From Chara braunii (Eukaryota > Plantae > Charophyceae): 61,472 nt of DNA. Position 1 is the stretch's first letter. Every line of letters begins with the position of its first letter. The translations under genes and the position numbers were made by a program. The stretch spans positions 5,256,891 through 5,318,362 of the forward strand of contig BFEA01000018.1 of the NCBI GenBank assembly GCA_003427395.1, given 5' to 3'. Of this stretch, positions 49,390 through 61,472 are shown in pieces. The notes under the pieces are model-generated. The model searched no databases, was not told the DNA's origin, and was given only the letters and a program-made list of their open reading frames with translations.

Positions 49390-50619
49390 TTGCTGTTCCC
49401 CCTCCACACGATTTATGATTCTAGTACCGACCTCTTCGAGCACCGCGTTGCTGTGCCCTCTACACTAGAGGTTCTAGTACAGACCGTCGATCAATCGCCT
49501 CCTTTCGTTAAGAACCGGACGGTCAGACATTCAATTCGTAGAGCCCACTCCACCGAACTGGAGGATCACATCATCATCACACATTCAGCAGAAGCCATAT
49601 AAGCACTTCACTGCCCAGCAAAGAAGGAGCCTCGGGGAGAAAACAAACCTCCCGTACCCAACCTTCGGCCAGCTGACTTTACGCATTCATACGACAGCTC
49701 CGAAAACATCGCTTAATAGACTCGTCAACCAACATTAAAATAAATCAAACCTGGAGGAAGAAAAAGCAATGCCACCTGACGAGTGGGGGCCGTCAAGATA
49801 CGCTCGGTCGTGACGGAACATTCAGAACGTTGTAGGAATATATATTCTGCCGAACATTCTTGCGAACATTCTTTGAAAATTCTTCTGTGAACATTCATGC
49901 GAACGTTCTTGTGGACATTCTTCTAATCCTGACTACAACTACGTATCAACAACATATTGCTCACCACCGAATCATTGTTGTGGCGTAAAGCGATAACGGC
50001 GACAAGGAAGGAACTTCAACATCTTCTTCTTCACTTCGTCTCGGAGTCCTTCACGAAAAACTTGTGCGTCCTCTGCCAAAAGCTTTGCTTTCACAACCAA
50101 GCATTATTTACCAAAAAGCGACTCACTCGCTTTTTGCTTCCTGCCCGAAACACACACTTGCCCAAAGACGGGAGCAGATGGCCGTAGATCGGAGTGCGGC
50201 GGGCCGGCGGCGTCTCTTGGCCAAAGTTGCCTGGCCCCTCCATAACTACACACCCCTCATTCTAAAAAATCAGCACTGCCTTCTAACAGGAAATTCAATG
50301 CCATCCACCGCTCTCTTGTTCATGATGACATTCGCTGCGCTCTGTCGTGAACGACGATGACGATGACGATGACGATGTGAAGTGCTGCAAATGATCAGAG
50401 CGGATCATGCAGCATGAACTGTCATCCCATGATCAGAGAAAAGAAGGTGGGTGGGTCGGGGGGGGATTGGCACCCGTTTAAGTTCTACAAGGCAGTGCCA
50501 CTTGTTAAAGTTATATACCATGAGAAACACAATGATTCACTGACCCCCACAGCAATCCTGCTAAATGGGGGAAATACCAAGACAAGAAGAAAATGCACTC
50601 CAATTCCCATAAAGGACTT

Positions 50620-50679
<60 letters not shown>

Positions 50680-50909
50680 NNNNNNNNNNNNNNNNNNNNN
50701 NNNNNNNNNNNNNNNNNNNNNNNNNNNNNNNNNNNNNNNNNNNNNNNNNNNNNNNNNNNNNNNNNNNNNNNNNNNNNNNNNNNNNNNNNNNNNNNNNNNN
50801 NNNNNNNNNNNNNNNNNNNNNNNNNNNNNNNNNNNNNNNNNNNNNNNNNNNNNNNNNNNNNNNNNNNNNNNNNNNNNNNNNNNNNNNNNNNNNNNNNNNN
50901 NNNNNNNNN

Positions 50910-50964
<55 letters not shown>

Positions 50965-52207
50965 GCTCAAGTACATGGAGTAAGTACTGAATGAACAGGC
51001 AGAGGGAGAGAACTTAGGAGAAATCATCTTGAAAGTGAGGATGTATGCTGACCAAAGAAGCGGGCCTACTCTAGTTTTAACTACGTATGGAGTACGGCAG
51101 GAGGAATAAACACAGTGACTGCAATGCCTAGTAGCCTGCTTCTCTACGGTACGCTGGCAGCCTGGCACCGTAAAAACTACTACCTAACGTTACCGCTTCC
51201 CGCGAGATCCAGCACTCACAGTACCTTTCGATGCCAGATCATCCGGCACCGTGAAAGCTTTTACCTACCACTATATCATCCCCCATGAGAACTGTCTTCT
51301 AAGTTCTAATAAGTAAATACCTCATAATCCCAACGACCACCATTGCGACCAATACTACTTCTCTTGTCTTAACGGATACATCTCACCACAGTCCATGCAG
51401 ACAGGTCATCAGCATACGTAAATTACCTACCCACCCTGCTCTGACATTTCTGAGAACGAAATATACAAGATGGAACAATCACCTATCTATACATGCGGCC
51501 CGGGCAACAACCTCTCCTTCCCCCCCTCAACCCCCCTCCTCCGCCTCCTCCTCTACTGACCACCTCTAGCTCCACCTTCCTGGTAAAACCTCACCAAGAA
51601 CTACGGTGCAGCTAACAACACAACACACAACAAGCCCTCAAGCAATATCTGAAGACGAAGAAGACACTATCGCTAACTCTGAGCGGGTGAACGTTTTCCC
51701 AATCACAAGCTCTAAAGGGAGAAGCTAGCAAAGATAGTATGCTAGGAGTCTAGGGGGTTACGCCACTCGCAGTGGCGTTGGCAGTTTGACACACGCAAAT
51801 AATAAACTTACCGTGGTAAATGGAACTTACCATGGTAAATGGAACGCTTCCAGAATGATCCTGCATTCTCTCGGTCCCTAAGGTCCTGATGATGACATAA
51901 CGGTAATTGTCATCAGAAGAAATGAGACCCCTCTTGCCAGAGCTTGCAAAAACGAGCTCGTCACCAGGCGTGATCGTCTTCCTCCTTCAGCAGCGTGCGT
52001 GTACAGCAATGAATATAAGTTAGCATGACGGATAAGAATGGAAGCGAACACAACAGTCGGCAGGACTGTGTTGCTAGCCAGGAACGCCTGGTATTCGATG
52101 AATAAACGCAATGCCACGCCTTCAAAATTATAGCAGAATAGGAGAAAACACAACAACACCGTCTGCGTCCACTCCACAAACTCCACACAGAGTACACGAG
52201 GCGCTAC

Positions 52208-54310
52208 TCAACCTCTCACAGACCCACTCTCGCTGCCAGCATACGAAGTATAGTTATCACTGCTGTAACCTGACTCACCGCTTGGAGGGGGCTTGTACTT
52301 GAACTCCGAAGCAAAGCGCCGGGCCAGCAGGATTGCCGCATTCCTCTCCCTCTCGCTCTCCATCTGCAGTAGGAACTCCTTCCCCCTTGTCTGCCAAAGG
52401 ATCGATTGCGCTGCGCTCTCCGAACTTCCTCTCGCGCCTCCCAGCTGCATTCCCGGACTGTACGGATCCCTTGCCTTTGCTACCCTTCCTTTCCTCAGCT
52501 TGACTCTATCTTTGGATATCTCGAACACATGGGCGACTTTCCGATCGACAAGTGTTCCGCTGAACGGAGTTTGCTCCAGTACAACCACATTGAAATGCGC
52601 GGTCCCATACTTGTACAGAAGGTCCACAAACTGGTCTAGGCCCGGGCAAGGATCCAACGGTCCGGAGCTCTCTAGGATCTCCATCTTACGTGAGTTGTTG
52701 CCGTACTTGATTGTCACTCTCATCTGGCATTCCACATCATTCGGCTCAGGCGCATACGCTGCGGCTGTCGCCCCGGCAATGCTCTCCACCCTTCCGTCCT
52801 TATGAACGCGATACCATTGAATTTCACAAGGGTAGGGTAGTTGACCTTCGGGGGCTGTGGGCACGATGGACAGCATCGACCCCAGGAACTCCAAGCCGTC
52901 TAGTTTATATGGGAGCGGCCTCTTCCTCGGGTTTTTCAGCAAGTCGATCTCTCGTCTAAGTTTGACTACCTCCTGGCATTTGTCCAGAAGGCTCTTCTGG
53001 AGACCTGTGACTTGCAGTTCTAGATGCGAAACCATTGTCGGCTGGTGTAGCATTTTGATTCTCCTCGCCTCAATCACCTCCATCTTTAGCCTTTGCATTT
53101 CGGGGTCCACTTCATCCGGCCGCGATGCCACCACGCCGCGTGCTATCTCCTCTGCCCTTTTCACCTTTTCTCTTGCCATACGAATCTCATCCTGGGCAAT
53201 TTTCCGTGCCTCTTCCACCATTCTCTTCGATTCCTCGTTCGCCTGCTTAAACAGTGCTGCCATCTTCCGCACTTCCACCTTCTCGTGCTGGATTTCGTTG
53301 TCGCGGAGAGCCCACTGTGAAAGCAGAGCATCCGCTGAGTTTACTGCGCTCGTCACATCTTCCCTCCGAATGGGTGCGCCGCTTAGCTCCATGTCGGTGA
53401 GTTTCTTTCTCAAAGAATGAAGCAACTCCAACCCCTGCTGAGAGCCACCCTTCCCACCCGGGGGCTCGCTCATGACCTTTGTATACGCTGCTTCTGCTGC
53501 ACACTGGCCCCTCTCGAAACCCGTTTGCATGTCTCGGGTGGATGCCGGAAGTCGTTGTTGCTGAAGCGCCAGCTCCGCAAACTCCTTCGCCATAAGACTT
53601 CGGCTGCGAGGTGTGTCCGGCTCGTCACTCTCGGTGTCTGCACCGCCACCGCTGATGCTCGACACGAAGCTCGTGTTCTTCGACGAGCCAGTCGTCATGT
53701 CACGGCGATCATTCGCACTCGATCCCAAACTGATTGTCCGAATAAGCCCAGTGGATGTCTTTGTGCGTATGACCTCCGTGGATGGCCCTGTCCTTCCGCC
53801 ACCTGACGTCAGCTTCGACGGAGTACTCTGCAGGCTGATAGTCCGTGAAAGCGGCGCACTTGGAGGCAGGGCGGTGGACTTGGTGCTTGTGCCGCTCGTG
53901 CCGCTCGTGCCGCTTGTGTCGCTTGTGCCGCTTGCGGTGCTCGCAGTGCTTGCACTCCGCGTTCCTGGGTCGTTGGCAACCTGAGCTGTGCGGGGGGTTT
54001 CCGATCCGGGAGGTGGACCAGGTCTTCCAGAGCGGGGGGTTTCCGATCCAGGAGGTGGACCAGGTCTTCCAGAGCGGGAGGTTTCGGAGCCAGGAGGTGG
54101 ACCAGGTCTGCCAGTCAGTGACCGAATGACTTCAGTTGCGGGCTCAGCAGCTGGCGGCGGCCTCAGACTCCCCGTCACATCTGGTCTACCTCCACCACCT
54201 CCTCCAGTGCTGCTCACAGGTTTCGAAATCTTCCCCAAAGCACCAGTGGTGTTCGATGAACCACTGGGCCTCCACCTGCTGTAACCTGGCGACTTCAGAA
54301 AACTCATCAT
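52208..54310 (-). CDS. SCAB: SCAB-family (stomatal closure-related actin-binding) protein, ~700 aa, with long Ser/Thr/Gly/Pro-rich N-terminal extension
   Basis: Intact ORF. Actin-binding-like STRDMQTGFERG; coiled coil HEKVEVRKMAALFKQANEESKRMV; signature EARRIKMLHQP; Ig-like LDGLEFLGSML...IQWYR...YAPEPNDV; PH-like FNVVV...MQLGGARG...ESERERNAAILLARRFA. Start set at ATG 54310, just after a probable splice acceptor (tgtgcAG at 54321-54320). The ORF is formally open to 54418. Confidence 0.92.
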   Translation of the reverse strand: MMSFLKSPGYSRWRPSGSSNTTGALGKISKPVSSTGGGGGGRPDVTGSLRPPPAAEPATEVIRSLTGRPGPPPGSETSRSGRPGPPPGSETPRSGRPGPPPGSETPRTAQVANDPGTRSASTASTASGTSDTSGTSGTSGTSTKSTALPPSAPLSRTISLQSTPSKLTSGGGRTGPSTEVIRTKTSTGLIRTISLGSSANDRRDMTTGSSKNTSFVSSISGGGADTESDEPDTPRSRSLMAKEFAELALQQQRLPASTRDMQTGFERGQCAAEAAYTKVMSEPPGGKGGSQQGLELLHSLRKKLTDMELSGAPIRREDVTSAVNSADALLSQWALRDNEIQHEKVEVRKMAALFKQANEESKRMVEEARKIAQDEIRMAREKVKRAEEIARGVVASRPDEVDPEMQRLKMEVIEARRIKMLHQPTMVSHLELQVTGLQKSLLDKCQEVVKLRREIDLLKNPRKRPLPYKLDGLEFLGSMLSIVPTAPEGQLPYPCEIQWYRVHKDGRVESIAGATAAAYAPEPNDVECQMRVTIKYGNNSRKMEILESSGPLDPCPGLDQFVDLLYKYGTAHFNVVVLEQTPFSGTLVDRKVAHVFEISKDRVKLRKGRVAKARDPYSPGMQLGGARGSSESAAQSILWQTRGKEFLLQMESERERNAAILLARRFASEFKYKPPPSGESGYSSDNYTSYAGSESGSVRG
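53990..54112 (-). repeat. 42-bp coding tandem repeat x3 (GRPGPPPGSET(S/P)RS)
   Basis: Within the SCAB N-terminal extension. A 9-bp TSG/TAS repeat follows at about 53880-53955. Confidence 0.9.
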
Positions 54311-56002
54311 CTTGCCGTTCTGCACATACACAAACAACACAAGGAATCCAATCATATCTGTCAGTATTCGCCTGCAAAATATTGTGTCACGAAAACAATG
54401 CGCTAAAAATAACATCAAATAATAGTTGACATCATGACACGTACTTTCGATAAATGCATGCCTTGCAGATGACCAACATGTGGGTGCAAAGACAGCCAGT
54501 TAGCAACATGATTATGCGATGCGACTGATAGGAACACCATCCATAAGAGAATCAACATGTTCCCAAAATTTCAGCATCTTTTTGAATGACAAAGAAGAAT
54601 CAATATACTTTCTTATAAACACATGCACGGTGACAAAGGAATGGTGGTGGTTAATGGAGACCCAAAATTTCAGCCTTTTTTTTTAAAATGTTATTTATAA
54701 GTGAACCCGACAGCATTTTTTACCAAAATTTGCATCATTCCATAGAGTGGACACCATATTAACAAACCACCAAAAACAACAAAAAACAAAAAAACACACA
54801 AAAAAAGGGCGAAAACACTGAAAAGGTGAGCCAAAAGTGCGCACTTGAATGAAATTTTTAAATTTGCATTCAAAAAAAATTCAGAGCTTTCAGCGTTTCT
54901 TTGTGGAAATGGTCACCACAGACAATTCCACAGGACAAAAACACTTCAGAACAGAATTTGAGAAACGGTCACCAGACACAATTCCAATAATCGAAAAAAA
55001 AAAAAGGGAAAAAAATTCAAAAAAAAGTGAAAATTCGGCCAAAAAAACATGCACAGTGGAAGCTCCAAACTCAAATTGAATTGAATGAAATGTCACTTTC
55101 ACAGTCCCCCATCTCTCTCCAGTTCAATCAGCTCCACAAAGAACCCAAGAATCTCAACCGAGAGCAAACAACCTTGAACAAACTCAGAACGCAGCTTCAG
55201 CAAGCTTCTGGAGACTTCCTCCGCCCTCCAACTTCCACCTTGACCTCCGCCTCTATGGCTATGGCGCTCAACATGAAGATGCAGCCAGCGCCCATGCCTG
55301 CAGACCACCAGTGGCTCCCTCTACAGCTTCCACAATCCTGAGGAACCCCTCAGAAAACACTCCGATGACTCAGCGCTGCATCGGAGACCTCTCTGGAAGG
55401 TCGGCACCAACTGCACCGGAGAGAGACCCCTCCCAAAGGTCGGTGAATGTCTACAACCCGCAAAGTATCTGCCCAACGACTGAATTCAATACCGATCCTC
55501 CAAAACTTACTATCATCATTCCCTGCCTGCCTTTTACACCTTCGATAGTCTACCAGGAGGGCCACTCGCAGATTATCCAGCGCTCTGTCCCTCACCCCTT
55601 GCATGTATACAACCCGCAAAGTATATGCCAAACGACTGAATTCGATATCGATATAAAAGACGCAAGCACTTTTGACTTCAGAATAGGTTCTTGCCACAGG
55701 GGTAACTTGACCTTGTAATGACCTCCTTGCCTTGTCGGAGAGTACCTTTCATCGTCCCATTTTGAACTTTCAAAGTTCAAACAAGTTTTGGCAGTCTGAC
55801 GTTCGGAGCCTAGCCCGGCGGAATCTCACGTGGGGCATCACGGAGCAGCATTGAGCAAGTATCTGGGGTTTCTGCATCCAATATTCCCTCTCTATGGGCC
55901 CAACATATCCCTCTCTATGGGCAGGCGACGGCGAGCCTGATCGGAAGTAAGGGCGTTAAGCTGTTGCAAGATCTCAAAGGAGCGAAGTGACAGAACAACA
56001 CT

Positions 56003-56800
56003 CCGTGCCCAACGGTCCATGTGAGGCATGGTCGGCTGCTGCGTCTGATGTTCGTCTGGCAAGGATGGAGCAAATCCGACTACGGATGCAGCAGGTGTAT
56101 GCCCAACGCTCTGTGTGAGGCATGGTCGGCTGCTGCGTCTGATGTTCGTCTGGCAAGGATGAAGCAGATCTGACTATGGATGCAGCAGGTGTATGCCCAA
56201 CGCTCTGTGTGAGGCATGGTCGGCTGCTGCATTCGATGTTCGTCTGGCAAGGATGAAGCAGATCCGACTACGGATGCAGCAGGTATATGCCCAACGCTCT
56301 GTGCGAGGCATGGTCCGCTGCTGCGTCTGATTTTCGTCTGGCAAGGATGAAGCAGATCCGACTACGGATGCAGCAGGTGTATGCCCAACGCTCCGTGCGG
56401 GGCATGGTCGGCTGCTGCATCTGATGTTTGTCCGGCAAGGATGAAGCAGATCCGACTACGGATGCAGCAGGTGTATGCCCAACGCTTCGTGTGAGGCATG
56501 GTCGGCTGCTGCGTCTGATGTTCGTCTGGCAAGGATGAAGCAGATCCGACTACAGATGCAGCAGGTGTATGCCCAACGCTACNNNNNNNNNNNNNNNNNN
56601 NNNNNNNNNNNNNNNNNNNNNNNNNNNNNNNNNNNNNNNNNNNNNNNNNNNNNNNNNNNNNNNNNNNATCCGACAGCAGGTGTATGCCCAACGCTCCGCG
56701 CGAGGCATGGCCGGCTGCTGCATCTGATGTTCGTCTGGCAAGGATGAAGCAGATCCGACTACGGATGCAGCAGGTGTATGCCCAACTCTGTGTGAGACAT
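56003..56800 (+). repeat. 94-bp tandem repeat, ~8-9 copies, strongly self-complementary
   Basis: gcccaacg recurs at 56007, 56101, 56195, 56289, 56383 and onward. Unit: gtgtgaggcatggtcggctgctgcgtctgatgttcgtctggcaaggatgaagcagatccgactacggatgcagcaggtgtatgcccaacgctct. Confidence 0.95.
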
Positions 56801-57547
56801 GGTAGGAGAGGATGTAGTTGTTGATGGCATCCGGGATAGTCCGCGCAGCAGGGTCACATACTTTCCATGACAGCTTCCTGGAAACATGAATGACACGTGG
56901 CATGTTGCTGGCTTGCCAGCAGGAGCGCAGGGTGTCGTTCGCTTTAAGCATGGCATGTCAAGGCCACAACGGCATACCGGGCAAGTAATAAGAGGGTGGG
57001 GGGGGATGAACGCAAGACACCAGGTCACAGTTTTCGTGGCAGAGGCTGGCAGTGACCATCCCTTCATAGTCTTCGGAGCATAGATTGTGTCGCGTGCAGG
57101 GGCTAACTGAACTGTAGCTTTGTAGAGACATGATGGCATGGCACAACCACCGTCCTCTGCCGGGGGGCCCTTGACTATTCGTGGCAGAATCTGTCCAATC
57201 TACACAGGGAAGGGATGCTGCCTGGCCATGTTCAAGGGGGGGGGGGGTCAGCCGGATTGTTCTACGGAAGCTGTAGAGCTTGCAAGTGCACATCCACGTA
57301 CTGTTCCTGATTGACCAGCCATACCAAGTGGGATTCTGCCACTCAGTGATAGAAAGACGTAATATTTCTAATCGTGTGCACCCTACCCCCGTGGCCCCAC
57401 AGGGTCCATGAATTAGCCGCAAAGGTAACAACACTGAACTGACATCAAACGATGCAGGATGTACGCACGAATATTCGGGTCCACGCGAGGGTATGTTATA
57501 TGTGGAGTGGGATGGAGTTGCAGTCGTTGTCCCATAACTGCCATCGA

Positions 57548-57738
57548 CAGTACTTCTATGTTCACACCAGGCGCAGCACTGTCATCCTTCGGGCAGACGG
57601 CACGCCACAGAAACAGTACGTCTATGTTCACACCAGGCGCAGCACTGTCGTCCTCCGGGCAGACAGCATGACACAGAAACAGTACCTCTATGTTCACGCC
57701 AGGAGCAGCACTGTCATCCTCCGGGAAGACAGCATGGT
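57548..57738 (+). repeat. 66-bp tandem repeat x3
   Basis: cagtacNtctatgttcac(a/g)ccagg at 57548, 57614 and 57680. Confidence 0.9.
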
Positions 57739-58503
57739 GCTCCTCGTCTCTCTAGCGGACAATATTTGCAAAATCAGAAACAGTATAGGGGCTGCAACTG
57801 TGTGTGTGTGTCTATGTCTGTTTTAAACTGTCGCCACGGCGAAACCCCTTTCCCACCCAGGTGAGTAGATCCAAAACTGAAACAGCCTTCGGTAACTGGC
57901 GATGATCACACACAGTGCAAGATTGGTTTCAATGTCCCTTGTCGAAGCGCCACATCCAATTTTCTGAATGGATACAGACAGATATCACAGGTAACACGGC
58001 GTCCACACCCGAGGAACACAGGTGTGGCGATTGCACTCTTGTGTTTCTGTCACATTGTGTTCACATAACAGAGTTTGTGTGGCACTGTTGCATACTTCGA
58101 TGAGTATGGGCAGAACCAAAGATCAACCAATATAGGATGAGCATGTATGCAGCGGAAGTCTGATAAACAAACTGACTCACATAGACTGACCTACATGGCA
58201 TCACTCCACACACATACAATCATGAGATGGTGGGGTCTGGGTCATTCATAGACGATACCCAGATCCCGTACACACATACACAGATGAAAGGTGGGAGGAG
58301 AGACGAAGGAGGTNGGAGGTAGATCNCACCGATAGGTCACAAAGATAGAGTCTGATAGGTCTCCGAAACGGTAGTCCAGAATGTCATATAACAAGATCAA
58401 AATGTCGAGGACCAAAGGTCACCAATGTCGGAGATAACAGAGTCCAGATGTAACCGGTGTCCAACTGTGATGAAGCCGAGTATCAACCTCAACAATCTCC
58501 AAG

Positions 58504-58652
58504 TCTCCAATCAGGTAAGTACCACAGTCTCGTATCACCGAAATCCAACTCTGATCTCTGTCCAACTGGATAGTCTCCAATCAGGTAAGTACCACAGTCT
58601 CGTATCACCGAAATCCAACTCTGATCTCTGTCCAACTGGATAGTCTCCAATC
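58504..58652 (+). repeat. 70-bp tandem duplication followed by (GAA)n
   Basis: tctccaatcaggtaagtaccacagtctcg...ggatag occurs twice, identical. Confidence 0.9.
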
Positions 58653-61472
58653 TGAAGAAGAAGAAGAAGAAGAAGAAGAAGAAGAAGAGGAGAGAGAGAG
58701 AGAGGGGACTGGCGAGGGAGAGGAGGAGAGACCCTCCAAGCTCCCGATACCTCAGGCGGTAATAACCGCCGTGCAAGCTCAGTCGCCCGCTGCTGCTCCG
58801 CTCGCTGCTGCGCTATGATGCGCTCCTGCTTCAGCCCCTGCGCTAAGTTTAGCGCATCAAACAGTGCACTAGCACTGACCATGCCGTGCCGGTAGAGTTC
58901 CGGTAGGCCGATCCCACTACTGAGGCGGATACCGGTACTTATACCGGTGGGCAATGGTCTGGCCTCAATGCTGCGAGGCCAGGCCAGACCCTGAACCGTC
59001 CAGATGGACGGTTCAGCCTCAATCGGCGGGCGGCAGCTTCAAGAGCGCNNNNNNNNNNNNNNNNNNNNNNNNNNNNNNNNNNNNNNNNNNNNNNNNNNNN
59101 NNNNNNNNNNNNNNNNNNNNNNNNNNNNNNNNNNNNNNNNNNNNNNNNNNNNNNNNNNNNNNNNNNNNNNNNNNNNNNNNNNNNNNNNNNNNNNNNNNNN
59201 NNNNNNNNNNNNNNNNNNNNNNNNNNNNNNNNNNNNNNNNNNNNNNNNNNNNNNNNNNNNNNNNNNNNNNNNNNNNNNNNNNNNNNNNNNNNNNNNNNNN
59301 NNNNNNNNNNNNNNNNNNNNNNNNNNNNNNNNNNNNNNNNNNNNNNNNNGGGCGGGGAAGAAGGAGATCGAAGGCTGCAAATCCAGGCCAGAGGGAATCA
59401 GAAAACGAGGACGAAAAAGAAACAGTGTCATCAGCCGCAGGCCTTCTCATAGTTGTGCATCAGCTCAGCAGGAGGCTTTTTTTTGTCTTCTTTTTTTAAA
59501 GCAACCTTTGCCAAGCAAGGAAGTCTAAAGTAACTTTGCGTAAGCAGAAAGTTGATAATTGAGCAGAAACATTGTTTATAAAGTGAGGGATGCGGTAGTT
59601 TGTAGCTGTGACAAGGAGACCAGGAGCAGTTTGACCGACGCACGTGAAAACCGAAGTGATTGTTTTCCCGCGATTTGAGGTGTACACTATCAAAGAAGGT
59701 AAAAACTTAGAAAAAGAAAGACGCATGGCCTCCTGCCTGCATACCAGGATGCCCAAAAAGGAGCCTCGGCGGTTGAGACCGACAAAAGGTCATGGCCACC
59801 TGAACAAGATTCAGCGAGCGGAATGAAAAAAAAAAAAAAAAAAGATTCAGCGAGCCAATGAAGCATGAGCTAGAAATGTGCAGCCTTGAGGTTGTCCGCA
59901 TGCATCAGGTAGCATCACTCGTCCGGTGAGTACATAGCAGCAGATTCACAACAGTCTCATCATCACGCTGGGAGCAAGCCACCGGTTGGATGCAGAAGCC
60001 AGGCTTAGACCACCGGTGGATAAGATACCAGATGGCCCACGTAAGTAGAGGAGGAAATCCTCCATTGGGTGAGTGCTGCTCAGGCCCTCCCTCCTCCATT
60101 ATAATTCTCAAGCGCTGACACCATGGATTAAGGCCAGGAAGCGGGCCTGTAGCCGCATGGTGTGGACGTAGGAGAGGTGACTTAAGTTCGACAACGCATC
60201 GGGCGCCAGAGGGTCCACATTGCCAGTTGAGCGCTAAGGCCAGGGAGCGGGCCGGTATCTGCATGGCGTGGACGTAGGAGGTACCTTGGTACGATAGCAG
60301 GTCAGGTGTGCGAGGGTCATGTCACCGCCACCTGCAGAGGGCATGGGCACAGGCGAGTGAGGTTTGCTTAGGCCCCCGAGTCGCAGAATTGTCTGTCACA
60401 GTGGGGTAAATGGTGAGATACTTCCTCCACGATTACCCGGTGTTTCCAGCCACTCGCAGCATATGGACTTGCACGGTGACCGTCCTCTTTCAGTAGAGAA
60501 GGGCGGCGTGAGCACAGGAGTGAGGTACCCCCGGAAGGCAAGCCACAGGGTGTGGACATCGGAAAGGTAATTTTGTCTGTTGACGGAGCATATTCCATAT
60601 CGTCCTCTTCAGCAGAGGTGTGCACTGGCAGAGGTGTGAGGTTCTGAGTCTTCTGGTGGATCGGTTGTCAGATGACCCTCTTCAGCGGAGGAGGAGGAAA
60701 CGAATGAAGGAGGTCGGTACTTCGATTCATAACACTACATGGAATTGAAGGCCAAGGTGCAAAAATTCGTTCATGCCGCAGGGACTCAAGTCACTCAACT
60801 GATTCACAAAAAAAAAAAAAAATTGAGGCAACCGTCAGGCGCCTTACCGTCTATGAATATTGAATGGAATCCAGGACAAATTCGTTAGAACGGACCTCTG
60901 CAGTTACGCTCAGAAGCGTTAGCGTCTATTAAAATTAAAATTAGTATTAATATTAAAATTCCCAATGAGAATCACGGTGAGCATAATTTTAGGAAAGCAA
61001 AGGCAGAGTACGTGCTTAGGAAGACGACCCGTTGCTCATCATGCTGTTGCTACGATTGCTGAGAAGAAAAAAAGGACAATCGGAGAGGCAATGATGCATT
61101 CAATTTCGGAAGTCCAAAAACTTTTGAAACCAAATTCCTGATGAGATTCTGAAGCAAATTGAGAGATTCCGAAGGGAATAGAGTTAAGTAGCTAATACAG
61201 CTGTCCCCATTATGAGGAGAAGACAGCGATTGGTAAGATATATATATATTGTCACATCACTACAAACTAAAAGAGCGCACTTTGCGGAACAAAGAATAAA
61301 AGCAAAAAACGGGCACAGTGATAACATGCAAAAATAAAAATAAAAATAAAAACAAAAAGAAAAAACAAGGGCAGATTGAAACCATTAAATTTCTCATTCT
61401 TCTTTGAACTCCACCTCCACTGTGCCTCTCACGTGCAAGGCTCGCCACATTGATGAAGTTGAGCGCGAGCTG

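Noticed and set aside
54311-54418. N-terminal 36 codons of the 736-aa ORF as part of SCAB
   Set aside because: T-rich, intron-like sequence ending in a good acceptor. ATG 54310 is preferred, although an upstream coding exon is not excluded.
52293-54429. Plus-strand ORFs overlapping SCAB
   Set aside because: Antisense shadows of the real CDS.
56003-56800. CRISPR array or canonical hammerhead repeat
   Set aside because: There are no unique spacers and no cas genes. The hammerhead boxes are imperfect (CTGATGT, GAAG) with no NUH at the required position.
56800-57434. SWIM/CxC zinc-finger transposase
   Set aside because: Cys motifs are scattered over different frames with no diagnostic spacing.
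58690-59048. Minus-strand gag-like N-terminus (QERIIAQQRAEQQRATEL)
   Set aside because: Short, cut by a gap and lacking a diagnostic motif.

Overview
Repeat-dense eukaryotic (streptophyte-type) draft-assembly window with many N gaps. A charophyte alga such as Chara is a plausible source, but that is inference. Only one intact cellular gene is supported: a single-exon-CDS SCAB-family actin-binding protein on the minus strand (about 52.2-54.3 kb). The rest is mobile or repetitive DNA. It includes a decayed L1/Tx1-type LINE (APE + RT) facing a second LINE 3' fragment, and a large decayed Ty3/Gypsy element (gag-PR-RT-RH-INT) with an extra upstream ORF built from two copies of an unrecognised ~165-aa domain. 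There is also a tandem array of ~114-bp units carrying hammerhead-ribozyme core motifs (Penelope-pLTR/retrozyme-like), with related copies in a foldback loop and at 26.7 kb. Other features are a 94-bp tandem repeat with a conserved three-way-junction fold, several long foldback inverted repeats, a tRNA-like SINE candidate and many microsatellites. A Nextera mate-pair junction adapter at 48542-48579 marks a local assembly artefact. Repeat boundaries were read by eye and are approximate.
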